From Gemmatimonadales bacterium (lineage in GTDB: Bacteria; Gemmatimonadota; Gemmatimonadetes; Gemmatimonadales; GWC2-71-9), in the NCBI GenBank assembly GCA_046757925.1, contig JBHHZE010000002.1, positions 11,117-75,116 on the forward strand: 64,000 nt of DNA. The letters run 5' to 3'. Numbering within the stretch: position 1 is the stretch's first letter; each line of letters opens with the position of its first letter. The notes below the pieces were generated by a model, which was given only the letters and a program-made list of their open reading frames with translations, searched no databases and was not told the origin of the DNA. This document shows positions 29,577-39,642 of this stretch, one piece after another. The position numbers and the translations under genes are program-made.

Positions 29577-29972
29577 ATGGAAATCAAACCGGACCGTATG
29601 GTTTCGTTGGGTTACGGCAAGTACTGGCGATCGGATGCGATCGTGGGGCTCATGCCGATTGAGTCCGACCGAGGGCCAGGGCGGCGGACTGAAGTCTACA
29701 CTGCCACGGTAGACGAGCCGATCATCGCATCCCGAAGCGAGCGAGCCATTCTGCACGACATGGCGGTGGCTAGCGATGAGCATTTCCAGATTCAGGAAGC
29801 GCGCGAAATCCTGTCAGATCTCTTGGACGCGTTCGACGATTTTCCCGACGTCCTCAGCAGGATGCTTCTCACGGAATCACGCTTCGATGTCGGCAGCTGG
29901 ACTCGGCGACTCAAAACTTTCTTGGTCTCAGACAGCGCGGAAAGCACGGAACAGAACGACCTATTTGCCTAG
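29577..29972 (+). CDS. RemA/DUF370-like protein with a C-terminal extension
   Basis: VSLGYGKYWRSDAIVGLMPIES...GRRTEVYTATVDEPIIASRSERAIL parallels B. subtilis RemA [22 protein letters not shown]...[25 protein letters not shown] (from memory). Confidence 0.5.
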   Translation: MEIKPDRMVSLGYGKYWRSDAIVGLMPIESDRGPGRRTEVYTATVDEPIIASRSERAILHDMAVASDEHFQIQEAREILSDLLDAFDDFPDVLSRMLLTESRFDVGSWTRRLKTFLVSDSAESTEQNDLFA

Positions 29973-30977
29973 GTTGGCGGGTTTGCGCTCCGTTGTCATC
30001 GGTTCGCTGGCGTGGTGACAAGCAACGAGCCGGCCCGGTCTCAGTTCTTCCAACGGCGGCGTTTCTGCCCGACATCTTTCGTCTCTCTTGACGTGCGGGC
30101 ATCTACGCTCGAAAACGCACCCTGCTTGGGGACGTCTACTCGATGCATCTCCCTTCAAGACTATGCGGTCCCGCTGGACTCTCGGGTCTGGCACGGGAAC
30201 TGCCGAGAGCAGCGACGTAGTGTATGGATGCAGAGGTTCATCGTACGTATCGGTTACGAACGCAACTTCCATCAACTTACCCAAGTACATTACAGCAACC
30301 CGGTCGGCGATGTGGCGGACGACAGCGAGATCGTGTGCGATGAACAGGTACGTAAGACCACGCTTCGCCCGCAGATCGGATAGAAGATTGAGGACCTGAG
30401 CCTGGACGGAGACATCCAGCGCGGACACCGGCTCGTCGAGTACGATGAACTCGGGCTCGACCGAGAGAGCTCGGGCAATGCCCACTCGCTGTCTCTGCCC
30501 GCCCGAGAGTTGGTGCGGATAGCTCGAGGTGTATGATGGGTCCAGGCCCACTTCTTCAAACAGCGATTCGACCCTCTCACGAGCCTCATGCTTATCCGCC
30601 AGCTTGTGGGCTTCGATCGGTTCCCGGACAGCCGCACCCACCGTCATGCGAGGATTGAGTGAACCGAATGGATCTTGGAACACGATCTGCATGCGCTGGC
30701 GCAGAGACCGGAGGGTGCGCGTATCTGCACCCAATACGTCGATACCATCGAATTCCACACTGCCCGCCGTCGCCTTCACGAGCCTGAGAATGCATCGGCC
30801 TAGCGTCGTCTTGCCGCTGCCGCTCTCGCCCACGAGCCCCAGTGCCTCCCCTTGGCTTATCGCGAGATCCACATGGTCGATTGCACGTACCGGATCTGAC
30901 TTCGCAAACAACCCTCTGGAGCTGGAATAGTCCTTCACCAGTCCCTCGACCTTGAGTAGCGGAGTCTTGTCGGTCAT
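29961..30977 (-). CDS. peptide ABC transporter ATP-binding protein (OppF/DppF-type)
   Basis: Walker A GESGSGKTT, signature LSGGQRQR, Walker B FIVLDEP. I trimmed the start to ATG 30977 (MTDKTPLLKVEGL), which gives an ATGA overlap with the upstream gene. Confidence 0.9.
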   Translation of the reverse strand: MTDKTPLLKVEGLVKDYSSSRGLFAKSDPVRAIDHVDLAISQGEALGLVGESGSGKTTLGRCILRLVKATAGSVEFDGIDVLGADTRTLRSLRQRMQIVFQDPFGSLNPRMTVGAAVREPIEAHKLADKHEARERVESLFEEVGLDPSYTSSYPHQLSGGQRQRVGIARALSVEPEFIVLDEPVSALDVSVQAQVLNLLSDLRAKRGLTYLFIAHDLAVVRHIADRVAVMYLGKLMEVAFVTDTYDEPLHPYTTSLLSAVPVPDPRVQRDRIVLKGDASSRRPQAGCVFERRCPHVKRDERCRAETPPLEELRPGRLVACHHASEPMTTERKPANLGK

Positions 30978-31951
30978 GGTTCGGCTCGCTGGGCCAGCCA
31001 ACACCGCGACTGGTGTCCCGGGTCTATGGATTCGAGTTCCGGCTCCTTCGAACTGCACAGTTCCCACGCCCGCGAACAACGGGGATGAAAGCGACAAGCG
31101 GGGGGCCAATCCGTAGCCGGTGGTACGGATCCCGGGATCACCGCGAGTCTATCGACGGGTTGATCGAGTCTTGGTATGGCCCGCAGGAGCGCCCGAGTGT
31201 AGGGATGTTCTGGGCTCTCGAACAGCCTCTTGGTGGGAGCGTGCTCTACCAGCCTACCTGCATACATCACCGCCACTCGGTCGGCGACACCGGCTACGAT
31301 TCCCAGATCGTGCGTTATCAGGATCATTGCCATACCCAGGCGCTGCTTGAGTTCCAGTAGCAGATCGAGGATCTGTGCCTGGATCGTAACGTCGAGCGCA
31401 GTCGTAGGCTCATCTGCGATCAGAATCTTGGGGCTGCACGATAGTGCCATGGCGATCATGACTCGCTGCTGCATGCCGCCACTCAGTTCGTGCGGGTAGT
31501 AGCGGACGCGTTTTTCCGGCTCGGCGATGCCAACCATGGACAGTAGCTCGACCGCGCGGTCGCGGGCGTCCTTGCGCGTGATATCGAGGTGTGCTCGGAG
31601 GGTCTCGGATATCTGGGTCCCCACGGTCAACACGGGATTCAGGCTGGTGGCAGGCTCCTGAAAGATCATCGATATCTCCGCACCCCTGATGGCCCGGAGA
31701 TCGCGAGGTTTCAGCAGCAGTAGATTGCGACCCGCGTACCTGATCTTGCTGCCCTCCATGATGCGACCGGGATGCTCGATAAGGCGAAGTATGGAAAGAG
31801 CAGTGGCGGTTTTGCCACACCCCGACTCGCCCACTATGCCGAGGGTCTCGCCTTCGTAGAGGTCGAACGACACGTCGTCCACGGCCCGCGCCTCGCCGTC
31901 GTCCGTGGCGAAGTACGTTCGAAGATCGCGTATGCTGAGCAGACAGTTCAT
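30974..31951 (-). CDS. peptide ABC transporter ATP-binding protein (OppD/DppD-type)
   Basis: Walker A GESGCGKTA, signature LSGGMQQR, Walker B ILIADEPTTALD. I trimmed the start to ATG 31951 (MNCLLSIRDL), which gives an ATGA overlap with the permease stop. Confidence 0.9.
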   Translation of the reverse strand: MNCLLSIRDLRTYFATDDGEARAVDDVSFDLYEGETLGIVGESGCGKTATALSILRLIEHPGRIMEGSKIRYAGRNLLLLKPRDLRAIRGAEISMIFQEPATSLNPVLTVGTQISETLRAHLDITRKDARDRAVELLSMVGIAEPEKRVRYYPHELSGGMQQRVMIAMALSCSPKILIADEPTTALDVTIQAQILDLLLELKQRLGMAMILITHDLGIVAGVADRVAVMYAGRLVEHAPTKRLFESPEHPYTRALLRAIPRLDQPVDRLAVIPGSVPPATDWPPACRFHPRCSRAWELCSSKEPELESIDPGHQSRCWLAQRAEP

Positions 31952-32781
31952 CGAGCTCGTGGGTCCATGGTGTTGCGCAATCCGTCGGCGAGCAGGCTGA
32001 AGCCGATCACGGTGAGTACGATAATCAGCCCGGGAAAGATAGATAGCCAAGGGGCTGTTTGAAGCATCGAGCTCCCGCCTTGCATCATCCTTCCGAGCGA
32101 CGCCGTAGGCTCTTGCACCCCTACACCCAGATACGATAGGCCCGCTTCGATCAGAATGATCTGGCCAATTCCCAGAGTAGATATGACTCCGATCGGCGCA
32201 ACTACGTTTGGCAAGAGGTGGTGGAGTAGAATGCGTGTCTTACCGATTCCGAGCGACTGGGCCGCCGTGATGAAATCGCGCCGTCTGAGACTCAGTACCT
32301 CTGCTCGTACGATCCTGCTCGTGCCGAACCAGCTCGTGAATCCGAGGATCGTAATGAGGCCGACTACGTCCACGCGTTCCCAGAGCGCCAACACCACCAG
32401 AAGTAAGAAGACCCGGGGGATAGCCAGCGCTGCATCGACCGCGCGCATCAAGACCGTGTCGACTACGCTGCCGGAGAGACCCGAAATGAGACCTACACCG
32501 GTACCAACCGTCACCGAAATCAGAATTGATAGGAACGCGATCACAAGCGATATCCTAGCGCCATAGAGGACCCTGCTCAATAGATCGCGGCTAAAAATAT
32601 CGGTGCCAAAAGGGTGAAGCCACGAGGGCGGCTGCGATTGCCCTGTGGCGAGGTCGAGTTGGGCTGACGGGTCAAACGATGTGAGAAAAGGCGCAAGCGA
32701 TGTGATGCCCACCAGGAACAAGACCACTGCCGCACCTACTATGATCTGTCTGTGGCGCAGCAAGCGGCGCAGTTCGTTCAT
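31948..32781 (-). CDS. peptide ABC transporter permease (OppC/DppC-type)
   Basis: Six-TM BPD-transporter permease with an EAA-like loop (AAQSLGIGKTRILLHHLLPN). Confidence 0.9.
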   Translation of the reverse strand: MNELRRLLRHRQIIVGAAVVLFLVGITSLAPFLTSFDPSAQLDLATGQSQPPSWLHPFGTDIFSRDLLSRVLYGARISLVIAFLSILISVTVGTGVGLISGLSGSVVDTVLMRAVDAALAIPRVFLLLVVLALWERVDVVGLITILGFTSWFGTSRIVRAEVLSLRRRDFITAAQSLGIGKTRILLHHLLPNVVAPIGVISTLGIGQIILIEAGLSYLGVGVQEPTASLGRMMQGGSSMLQTAPWLSIFPGLIIVLTVIGFSLLADGLRNTMDPRAR

Positions 32782-33755
32782 GCTTGTTCCCCCCGGGTGC
32801 GGGGGTCGACAACGCGATATAGGACGTCTGCGAGCAAGTTGCCAACGACGACCATTACCGCAGCGACGACCGCCGCGCTGGTTACGACGTTGTAGTCGCG
32901 ACGAGCAATGGAGTCGACCACGAACTTGCCGAGGCCGGGCCAGGCAAACACGGACTCTACCAGCACCGTGCCTGAAAGGAGGATCGGAAACGACAAACCG
33001 AACAACGTGATTATCGGCAGCAAGGCATTACGAAGTGCGTGACGAAGTAGCACGGTGCGCTCAGTCAATCCTTTCGCGCGAGCCGTGCGGATGAACTCCT
33101 GGCGTACACAATCGAGCATGGCGGCCCGTTCGTATCGTGCGATTCCGGCAGCTCCCACCAGCCCGAGGGTCACGGCCGGCAGAAACAGATGCTGTGCTCG
33201 GTCCCAGAGCTTGCCCAAGGGAGGCAGATGATCGTAGACCGCAGTCGTTGTGACACCACTGACCGGGAGGATTGCGAGACCCTGCCCGAACACCAGGAGC
33301 AGCATCAATCCCAGCCAAAACACCGGAAGGGAATAGAGCGTCAGGGTCGTTGCAGTGAGCGCATCGTCGGTGCGACTACCGGGGTAAGTCCCTTGCAAAG
33401 CGCCGATCGTGATGCCCAGAATGAACTCGATTGTCAGTGCTGCCAGAGCAAGTACGACAGTGGCCGGAATACGTTCCCTCATTGCATCCCAAACAGGCCT
33501 GTGTTCCGAGTAGGAAAGTCCCCAGTCACCCTTTGCGAGGTTGCCAAGGTAAGTGAAGTACTGGCGGTGCACAGGGAGATCCAGTCCTAGCTTGTGGCGC
33601 GCGCGCGCAACCAGCTCGGGGGAGGCTGAGGATGCCTCCCACATTCTCGTAAACGGATCCCCGGGAGCCACCCTGATCAACACGAACGACAGGGTAGCTA
33701 CGAGAAAAACGATCCCCGCCCCGTGGGTTAGCCGGCCGGCAACATACCGTACCAC
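32778..33755 (-). CDS. peptide ABC transporter permease (OppB/DppB-type)
   Basis: Starts MVRYVAGRL... and has TARAKGLTERTVLLRHALRNALLP (EAA loop). Confidence 0.9.
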   Translation of the reverse strand: MVRYVAGRLTHGAGIVFLVATLSFVLIRVAPGDPFTRMWEASSASPELVARARHKLGLDLPVHRQYFTYLGNLAKGDWGLSYSEHRPVWDAMRERIPATVVLALAALTIEFILGITIGALQGTYPGSRTDDALTATTLTLYSLPVFWLGLMLLLVFGQGLAILPVSGVTTTAVYDHLPPLGKLWDRAQHLFLPAVTLGLVGAAGIARYERAAMLDCVRQEFIRTARAKGLTERTVLLRHALRNALLPIITLFGLSFPILLSGTVLVESVFAWPGLGKFVVDSIARRDYNVVTSAAVVAAVMVVVGNLLADVLYRVVDPRTRGEQA

Positions 33756-33756
33756 G

Positions 33757-35421
33757 CTAGTTGGCTGCTATCAGGTCTCGATCGATCACACGTGAGGGAT
33801 CCACACGCCATTGCCAGATCGTCTTCCACCACTCGTCGGGTGCGAAGGAGACGTTCTCGAGCCGATCATGCAGTCCCGCTACCGGAGTGGGAGCGTAAAC
33901 CCAAATCGCGGGCGCGTCGGCGTTGATCATTTCTATCGCTTGCTGCCACTCCACGCGGGCCGAGTCGCGATTGAACGTGGACAGGGCATTGTGAACCATC
34001 CGGTCGACCGAGGGGTTGGAGTAGCCGCCGTAATTCGGTCCACCTATAGCTGTGCTCGTCCATGTCTCCTCAATGGAAGCCGGACTCGGGTCTTGTTGCC
34101 ACCCACCGAAATATGTGTCGAATTTGCCCTTAGTAACCCTGTTGCCCAGAGAGTTGGGCTCGAGTTCCGTGATCGACATCGCAATACCTACCTGCTTCAA
34201 CTGGTCTTGGATGATTACAGCAGAGCGCTTTCGGCCTGTGCTGGTGCCGACTACCAGAAGTTCGAAACTCAGCGACCGTCCGTGGCGATCCAAGATCCCA
34301 TCGCCATCGGTGTCCTGCCAGCCCATCCGCTGCAGCTCTCGACGGGCGGCCGCACGGTCGAAACCGATTCCCTCGATATCGTCCGACCAAATCCATTGCG
34401 CGCGCGTGAGAGGTCCCACAGGTACTTCAGCGGTCTCGTCCAGTACGGCCTTCACAATGGACTCGCGATCGACCGCCTTGGTAATGGCGCGCCGCAGTCC
34501 CCGGTCGGCAAACAGGGGATGGGGCCGATTCGGGTCGTCCGGATCGCGGAAGTTGAACGCGATATAGGTGTAGACGCCCAGCAGATAACTCTGCGTTCTC
34601 AGGTGCGGTCGCTTGGCCACCTGAGGAACGTCTTCCGGAGTTTGAATCACATTCAAAAAGTCGACTTCTCCGGCAATCAGTTGCGAGACCATGGTTTGAG
34701 GATCCGACGAGAACCGCCAAATCAGCCGTCTAAGTCCGGGTCTGCCCGCAAAGAAAGTGGAGTCAGCCGCGAGCTCGATCGACCGTCCGGCGTACCATTT
34801 CCGGAACATGAACGGACCGTTACCGATAGGACTTCGCGCAAACGGGGCGGAGGCCAACTCGGCATATGGGATATCCTTTAGAAGATGTTCCGGGATGATG
34901 CGCATATGGTAGACAGCGTCGAAAAACTGTTCTGGGTAGTGTTCGCGAAACCGGAACACCGCAGTGAGGGAATCTCGTGCTGTTACCGATGCGATCTTTC
35001 CGATCCGTTCTCGCGCAAGTGCATTTATCTCGGGGCTCCTGTAAACGCCGAACGTAAAGACCACGTCCGTCGCCCGTACCGGCTGGCCGTCATGCCATTT
35101 GGCCGCGGGATTCAGGTGGAAGCTGATGGTGAGAGAATCCTCCAATGTCCAGTGATCTGCCAGGCGCGGTACGAAGCCCGAGTCTCCAACCGTAGTCGCC
35201 CGTGGCTTGACGTCGGCAAGTCTCCAGAATATGAGGTCCGCCAAAGCAATATGTGTGTCGAACTGGGCGAGTGGGGGCAGCAGCACTTCAGGCTCGGCGC
35301 CCGATACCACTACGACCGTACCGCACCAGTCTCCGGTGCACTCGAGATCCGGCGAGCATGCGGCTAGCCACCCAATGAGCGGTAGTGCCATCCAGGCAAG
35401 CTGCGTATTCCGTCTGATCAT
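33757..35421 (-). CDS. family-5 ABC substrate-binding lipoprotein (peptide/nickel type)
   Basis: SBP_bac_5-like sequence. I trimmed the start to ATG 35421, giving MIRRNTQLAWMALPLIGWLAAC (lipobox). Confidence 0.88.
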   Translation of the reverse strand: MIRRNTQLAWMALPLIGWLAACSPDLECTGDWCGTVVVVSGAEPEVLLPPLAQFDTHIALADLIFWRLADVKPRATTVGDSGFVPRLADHWTLEDSLTISFHLNPAAKWHDGQPVRATDVVFTFGVYRSPEINALARERIGKIASVTARDSLTAVFRFREHYPEQFFDAVYHMRIIPEHLLKDIPYAELASAPFARSPIGNGPFMFRKWYAGRSIELAADSTFFAGRPGLRRLIWRFSSDPQTMVSQLIAGEVDFLNVIQTPEDVPQVAKRPHLRTQSYLLGVYTYIAFNFRDPDDPNRPHPLFADRGLRRAITKAVDRESIVKAVLDETAEVPVGPLTRAQWIWSDDIEGIGFDRAAARRELQRMGWQDTDGDGILDRHGRSLSFELLVVGTSTGRKRSAVIIQDQLKQVGIAMSITELEPNSLGNRVTKGKFDTYFGGWQQDPSPASIEETWTSTAIGGPNYGGYSNPSVDRMVHNALSTFNRDSARVEWQQAIEMINADAPAIWVYAPTPVAGLHDRLENVSFAPDEWWKTIWQWRVDPSRVIDRDLIAAN

Positions 35422-35447
35422 ATCGACAACAAGTCCTTTCGACCGAG

Positions 35448-36203
35448 TCAACGCCGCCAAGTCCAAGCCTCGTCGGCGAATCTGTGCCGATCAACCGGCT
35501 CCACAGTGAGGTTGGTTATCTGCCAGTTCCCGCTCCACGATTCCACCACTTCGGCTTCGATAGCGCCCGCTAGCTCGGAGAAGGTTACCGAACGTGCGAG
35601 CAGGGCGGAGAGCGACGTTGCCTTGGGGCCTACCGCGTCGCCTTGAGTTACCTGCTCTACCACCTCCTGGTTTCCCTCGAGCAGAATGGATCCGTGCTGT
35701 AGGAATGCGTCTCCTTCACGTATTTGGGCACTTCCCACCAGTTTCCGGCCGTCGACGACGAGCTCGCCTCCGACGGCTGAGCTGAAGCAGGAGCCCCTCG
35801 TGATTCCCGGTCGCCTCCCGCTGGGGCGAGGTGCCAATTCGGCTTTTACGCCTAGCCGTCTCAGAGCCGCCGCCAGCGTGGCATGAACAATATTGTATGT
35901 TTCCCGCAGCGATCCAAACGTTGCGGCAGGTGCGGCCACGGCATAGGTCAGTTCTGCGTCGTGCCAGACCGCCCGTCCCCCGGTGGGTCGGCGAACCGTG
36001 TCAATGCCCAGTCGAGCGATCTTGGCAGCGTTGTAGCGCATCTTGGCGGGCTCATTGCGTCCGAACGACAGGCAAGGCGGACACCAGCGGTAGAGCCGCA
36101 CGTACCCGCAGCCTCTCTGAGCACCGCACAGAAGGGCGTAATCGATGGCCATGTTGTCAGTGCCCGACCGGCCGCTGGGGTCGGCTGACAGCGTCCAGAG
36201 CAC
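35448..36203 (-). CDS. lipoate-protein ligase family protein, catalytic (BPL/LPL) domain only
   Basis: 251 aa. LYRWCPPCLSFGRNE, RRPTGGRAVWHD and GRKLVGSAQ (conserved Lys) match the LplA/LipM/LipL family. There is no C-terminal accessory domain. Confidence 0.8.
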   Translation of the reverse strand: MLWTLSADPSGRSGTDNMAIDYALLCGAQRGCGYVRLYRWCPPCLSFGRNEPAKMRYNAAKIARLGIDTVRRPTGGRAVWHDAELTYAVAAPAATFGSLRETYNIVHATLAAALRRLGVKAELAPRPSGRRPGITRGSCFSSAVGGELVVDGRKLVGSAQIREGDAFLQHGSILLEGNQEVVEQVTQGDAVGPKATSLSALLARSVTFSELAGAIEAEVVESWSGNWQITNLTVEPVDRHRFADEAWTWRR

Positions 36204-36211
36204 GCTTGCCG

Positions 36212-39118
36212 CTACACGCCGATCGGCTCCGCCCTCTCCTCATACGCCTCCACGGGCGGGCGGGTACAGACGAGATTGCGGTCGCCGTAGGCTCCGTCGA
36301 CGCGACCGACCGTCGGCCAGCTCTTGTGATCGCGGGTTTCGGGCGAGGGAAATGCGGCGCGCTCGCGGGAATAGGGCCGGTCCCAGTTATCCGCCGTCAC
36401 GATGTCGAGAGTGTGAGGAGCCATCTTGAGCAGGTTTATCTCGCGATCGGCTCGTCCGTCCTCGATCTCTCTGATCTCTTCCCTGATCGCGATCATTGCG
36501 GCGCAGAATCGGTCCAGTTCTTCCTTGGATTCGCTCTCGGTAGGTTCCACCATCAGCGTCTCGTGTACCGGCCATGACACCGTTGGGGCATGGAACCCAT
36601 AGTCCATCAATCGCTTGGCTATGTCCCCGACGTCGACCCCGCAGCTGGCCTTGAACGGACGAGCGTCGATAATGCACTCGTGGGCAATGAGGCCGTTCTT
36701 GCCGAAATATACCAAAGGAAAGTGGTCCTTTAGCCGGTGGGCTATGTAGTTGGCGTTCAGGATCGCAATTTGGCTTGCTTTCTTTTGTCCATCGGGACCG
36801 GTGAGGGCGATGTAAGCCCACGAGATGGGCAGAATCGATGGACTGCCCCAGGGTGCGGCGGCCACGGTGCCACAGGATCTCTCGCGACCCAGTGGAACCA
36901 CGGGGTGATCGGGCAGAAACGGTGCCAGATGGCTCGCTGCACAGATCGGGCCCATCCCTGGGCCACCTCCGCCATGGGGGATGCAGAACGTCTTGTGAAG
37001 GTTTATGTGGCAGACATCAGCACCGATGTCACCCGGGCGGCACAACCCGACCTGGGCATTGAGATTGGCTCCGTCCATGTACACTTGACCGCCATACTCG
37101 TGGACGATCGCGCAGACGTCGCGAATCGTGCTCTCGAACACGCCGTGGGTCGACGGATAAGTCACCATCAGAGCAGCTAGGTCGATTTGGTGTTCCTGGG
37201 CCTTGGTCTTCAAATCATCCAGGTCGATGTTCCCGCGATCGTCTGTGGCGACCGCCACGACTCGGAATCCAGCCATTACAGCGCTGGCCGGATTGGTTCC
37301 GTGAGCCGAGTCGGGTATCAGACAAACCGATCTGGTGTGCTCCCCCCGGGAACGGTGATAAGCCCTTATAGTCAGTAGGCCGGAGAACTCTCCCTGCGAA
37401 CCGGCATTGGGCTGCAGCGAGGTATGTGGCAGTCCCGATATCTCTGCGAGTTGCTGCTCGAGTAACTCGAACAGAATCCCATAGCCTTTGGCCTGCTCGC
37501 GTGGTGCGAACGGGTGGATGTTGGCAACACTCGGCCAAGTTATGGGAATCATTTCAGTAGTGGCATTGAGCTTCATTGTGCAGGAACCCAGAGGGATCAT
37601 TGCCGATGTCAACGAAAGATCGCGGGCCTCGAGCGTCTTCAAGTAGCGCAGCATTCCCGTCTCGGAGCGGTACCTCTGGAACACCGAATGTGTTAGAAAG
37701 GGCGAATTACGGCGGAGCGATTCCGGTATGGTAGTTGCGTTTCCGATCTCTGCGGCCACGCTCTCGAGGTCCGGTGGCGGGGATCCGTCCGGTGCGAACG
37801 CTGCGGCAAGGTCGGAGACGTCTGCCAGGGTTGTAGTCTCGTCCAGTGAGATCCCGATCTTTCCGCTCGGCATGGCCCGCAGGTTGATCCTGCGCTGCCG
37901 CGCCGCCTCGAGGACGTCGCTCGCAGTGGATGCTTCGAGCTCCACGCACAGGGTATCGAAGTACGCGGTGTGTAATACGTCATGTCCCAGCCGCTTGAGT
38001 AGTTCACCTAGAGTGGCGGTGAGTGCATGTACTCGTCGGGCGATTCTCAGGAGGCCGTCAGGGCCGTGATAGGTCGCATACATGCCGGCGACGACCGCAA
38101 GTAGCACCTGCGCGGTGCAGATGTTACTGGTTGCTTTGTCGCGCCGTATGTGCTGTTCGCGGGTCTGGAGCGCCATTCTGAGTGCCGGCTTGCCGGAGCT
38201 GTCCAGTGACACGCCGATTATGCGTCCGGGCACCCGTCTCTTGTATTCGGCACGGGTAGCAAAGAAGGCAGCGTGCGGTCCACCGTACCCCAGCGGTACG
38301 CCAAACCGCTGTGAGTTACCGACTGCTATGTCAGCACCCAGGTCGCCGGGTGCTCGGAGCATCGTCAGAGCCAGCAGATCGGTTGCAACGGTGACCAGCG
38401 CACCCGCGCCATGAGCCCGATCGCACACCGGCCTCGGGTCGATCAGCGAGCCGTCGCTTCCCGGATACTGAACCAAGGCGCCGATCACGTGGTCGGTAAA
38501 CTCGAACTCAGCTGGATCGCCTAATGCGATTCTTATGCCTCGTGTACCGGCCCGCGTTTCGAGAACCGCGATTGTTTGAGGATGACAGTTTTGGTCTACG
38601 AGGTAGATGGGAGCGTCGCCGGATTTGGTGACAGCGACTGTCATCGTCATCGCTTCTGCCGCGGCAGTCGCCTCGTCCAGGAGCGAGGCATTGGCTATAT
38701 CCAGCCCGGTGAGATCCGATACCATGGTTTGAAAATTCAGGAGCGCCTCGAGCCTGCCCTGGGCGATCTCAGCTTGGTAGGGTGTGTATGCCGTATACCA
38801 GCCTGGATTCTCCAAGATATTCCGTTGGATTACGGCGGGTGTGATACAGTTGGCATACCCCATTCCGATGAACGATCGATACTGTTCATTCTGAGCGGTG
38901 ATCTCGGCCAGCGTGCGTAATACTTCGGGTTCGGGCTTGGCGGCCGGCAGGTCCAGCGGGCGTTCCAGCCGGATATCTCGGGGCACGACGTCGTCTGTCA
39001 AGGCATCTAGAGAATCGTAGCCCAAGGTCTCCAGGATCGCCTCTATGTCGGCGGGTCGCGGTCCGATATGTCGGGTGATGAATTGTTCGGTATCAGTATG
39101 GGGCAGTGCCGTACCCAT
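36212..39118 (-). CDS. gcvP: glycine dehydrogenase (decarboxylating), single-chain P protein
   Basis: 968 aa, GcvP-like end to end ([20 protein letters not shown]-like [30 protein letters not shown] with the PLP Lys). Confidence 0.97.
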   Translation of the reverse strand: MGTALPHTDTEQFITRHIGPRPADIEAILETLGYDSLDALTDDVVPRDIRLERPLDLPAAKPEPEVLRTLAEITAQNEQYRSFIGMGYANCITPAVIQRNILENPGWYTAYTPYQAEIAQGRLEALLNFQTMVSDLTGLDIANASLLDEATAAAEAMTMTVAVTKSGDAPIYLVDQNCHPQTIAVLETRAGTRGIRIALGDPAEFEFTDHVIGALVQYPGSDGSLIDPRPVCDRAHGAGALVTVATDLLALTMLRAPGDLGADIAVGNSQRFGVPLGYGGPHAAFFATRAEYKRRVPGRIIGVSLDSSGKPALRMALQTREQHIRRDKATSNICTAQVLLAVVAGMYATYHGPDGLLRIARRVHALTATLGELLKRLGHDVLHTAYFDTLCVELEASTASDVLEAARQRRINLRAMPSGKIGISLDETTTLADVSDLAAAFAPDGSPPPDLESVAAEIGNATTIPESLRRNSPFLTHSVFQRYRSETGMLRYLKTLEARDLSLTSAMIPLGSCTMKLNATTEMIPITWPSVANIHPFAPREQAKGYGILFELLEQQLAEISGLPHTSLQPNAGSQGEFSGLLTIRAYHRSRGEHTRSVCLIPDSAHGTNPASAVMAGFRVVAVATDDRGNIDLDDLKTKAQEHQIDLAALMVTYPSTHGVFESTIRDVCAIVHEYGGQVYMDGANLNAQVGLCRPGDIGADVCHINLHKTFCIPHGGGGPGMGPICAASHLAPFLPDHPVVPLGRERSCGTVAAAPWGSPSILPISWAYIALTGPDGQKKASQIAILNANYIAHRLKDHFPLVYFGKNGLIAHECIIDARPFKASCGVDVGDIAKRLMDYGFHAPTVSWPVHETLMVEPTESESKEELDRFCAAMIAIREEIREIEDGRADREINLLKMAPHTLDIVTADNWDRPYSRERAAFPSPETRDHKSWPTVGRVDGAYGDRNLVCTRPPVEAYEERAEPIGV

Positions 39119-39140
39119 CGCAGGTGGTCCTTTAATGCAA

Positions 39141-39167
39141 ACGCCCCGGGGGTCGGGTCCGGGGCGT
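39141..39167 (-). terminator. strong GC hairpin between gcvH and gcvP (possible attenuator or partial terminator)
   Basis: Perfect 9-bp stem ACGCCCCGG (39141-39149) / CCGGGGCGT (39159-39167) with a 9-nt loop. On the minus-strand transcript it is followed by UUUGCAUUAAAGG and then the gcvP ATG. Confidence 0.35.
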
Positions 39168-39209
39168 CTTGGTTGAGTGCCTCTAGGCGGATAGGCCGCT
39201 CCCGGTGAT

Positions 39210-39605
39210 TTACTCGCCGATATGCTGTGCGTAGTCGGCGGCAGTCAATAGCTGATTGACCTGGTCCGGATTGGTCGGCCGCATCTTTATCATCCATCCT
39301 TCGCCGTAGGGATCCTGGTTCACCAAGTTGGGGTTCCCATCCAATTCCTCGTTCACCGCCACGATCTCACCAGCGATTGGACAAAATAGCTCCGAAACCG
39401 CCTTCACGGCCTCGATCGTTCCGAACACTTCCATCTGGGCGAAACTCGATCCGACCGCGGGGAGATCTACGTAAACAATGTCTCCGAGTTCACCTTGCGC
39501 ATAGTCAGTGATGCCTATTAGAACGACGCCATCTCCTTCTCCTTCGGCCACGGTAACGTACTCGTGTTCCTCACTGTAGTGTAATTCCTCAGGGATGTTC
39601 GACAT
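39210..39605 (-). CDS. gcvH: glycine cleavage system H protein
   Basis: YSEEHEYV..., lipoyl-lysine motif [11 protein letters not shown] trimmed the start to ATG 39605 (MSNIPEEL). Confidence 0.93.
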   Translation of the reverse strand: MSNIPEELHYSEEHEYVTVAEGEGDGVVLIGITDYAQGELGDIVYVDLPAVGSSFAQMEVFGTIEAVKAVSELFCPIAGEIVAVNEELDGNPNLVNQDPYGEGWMIKMRPTNPDQVNQLLTAADYAQHIGE

Positions 39606-39642
39606 CTCTACCGTAATCCTGGTATTGTTGGCGAGGCGTAGC

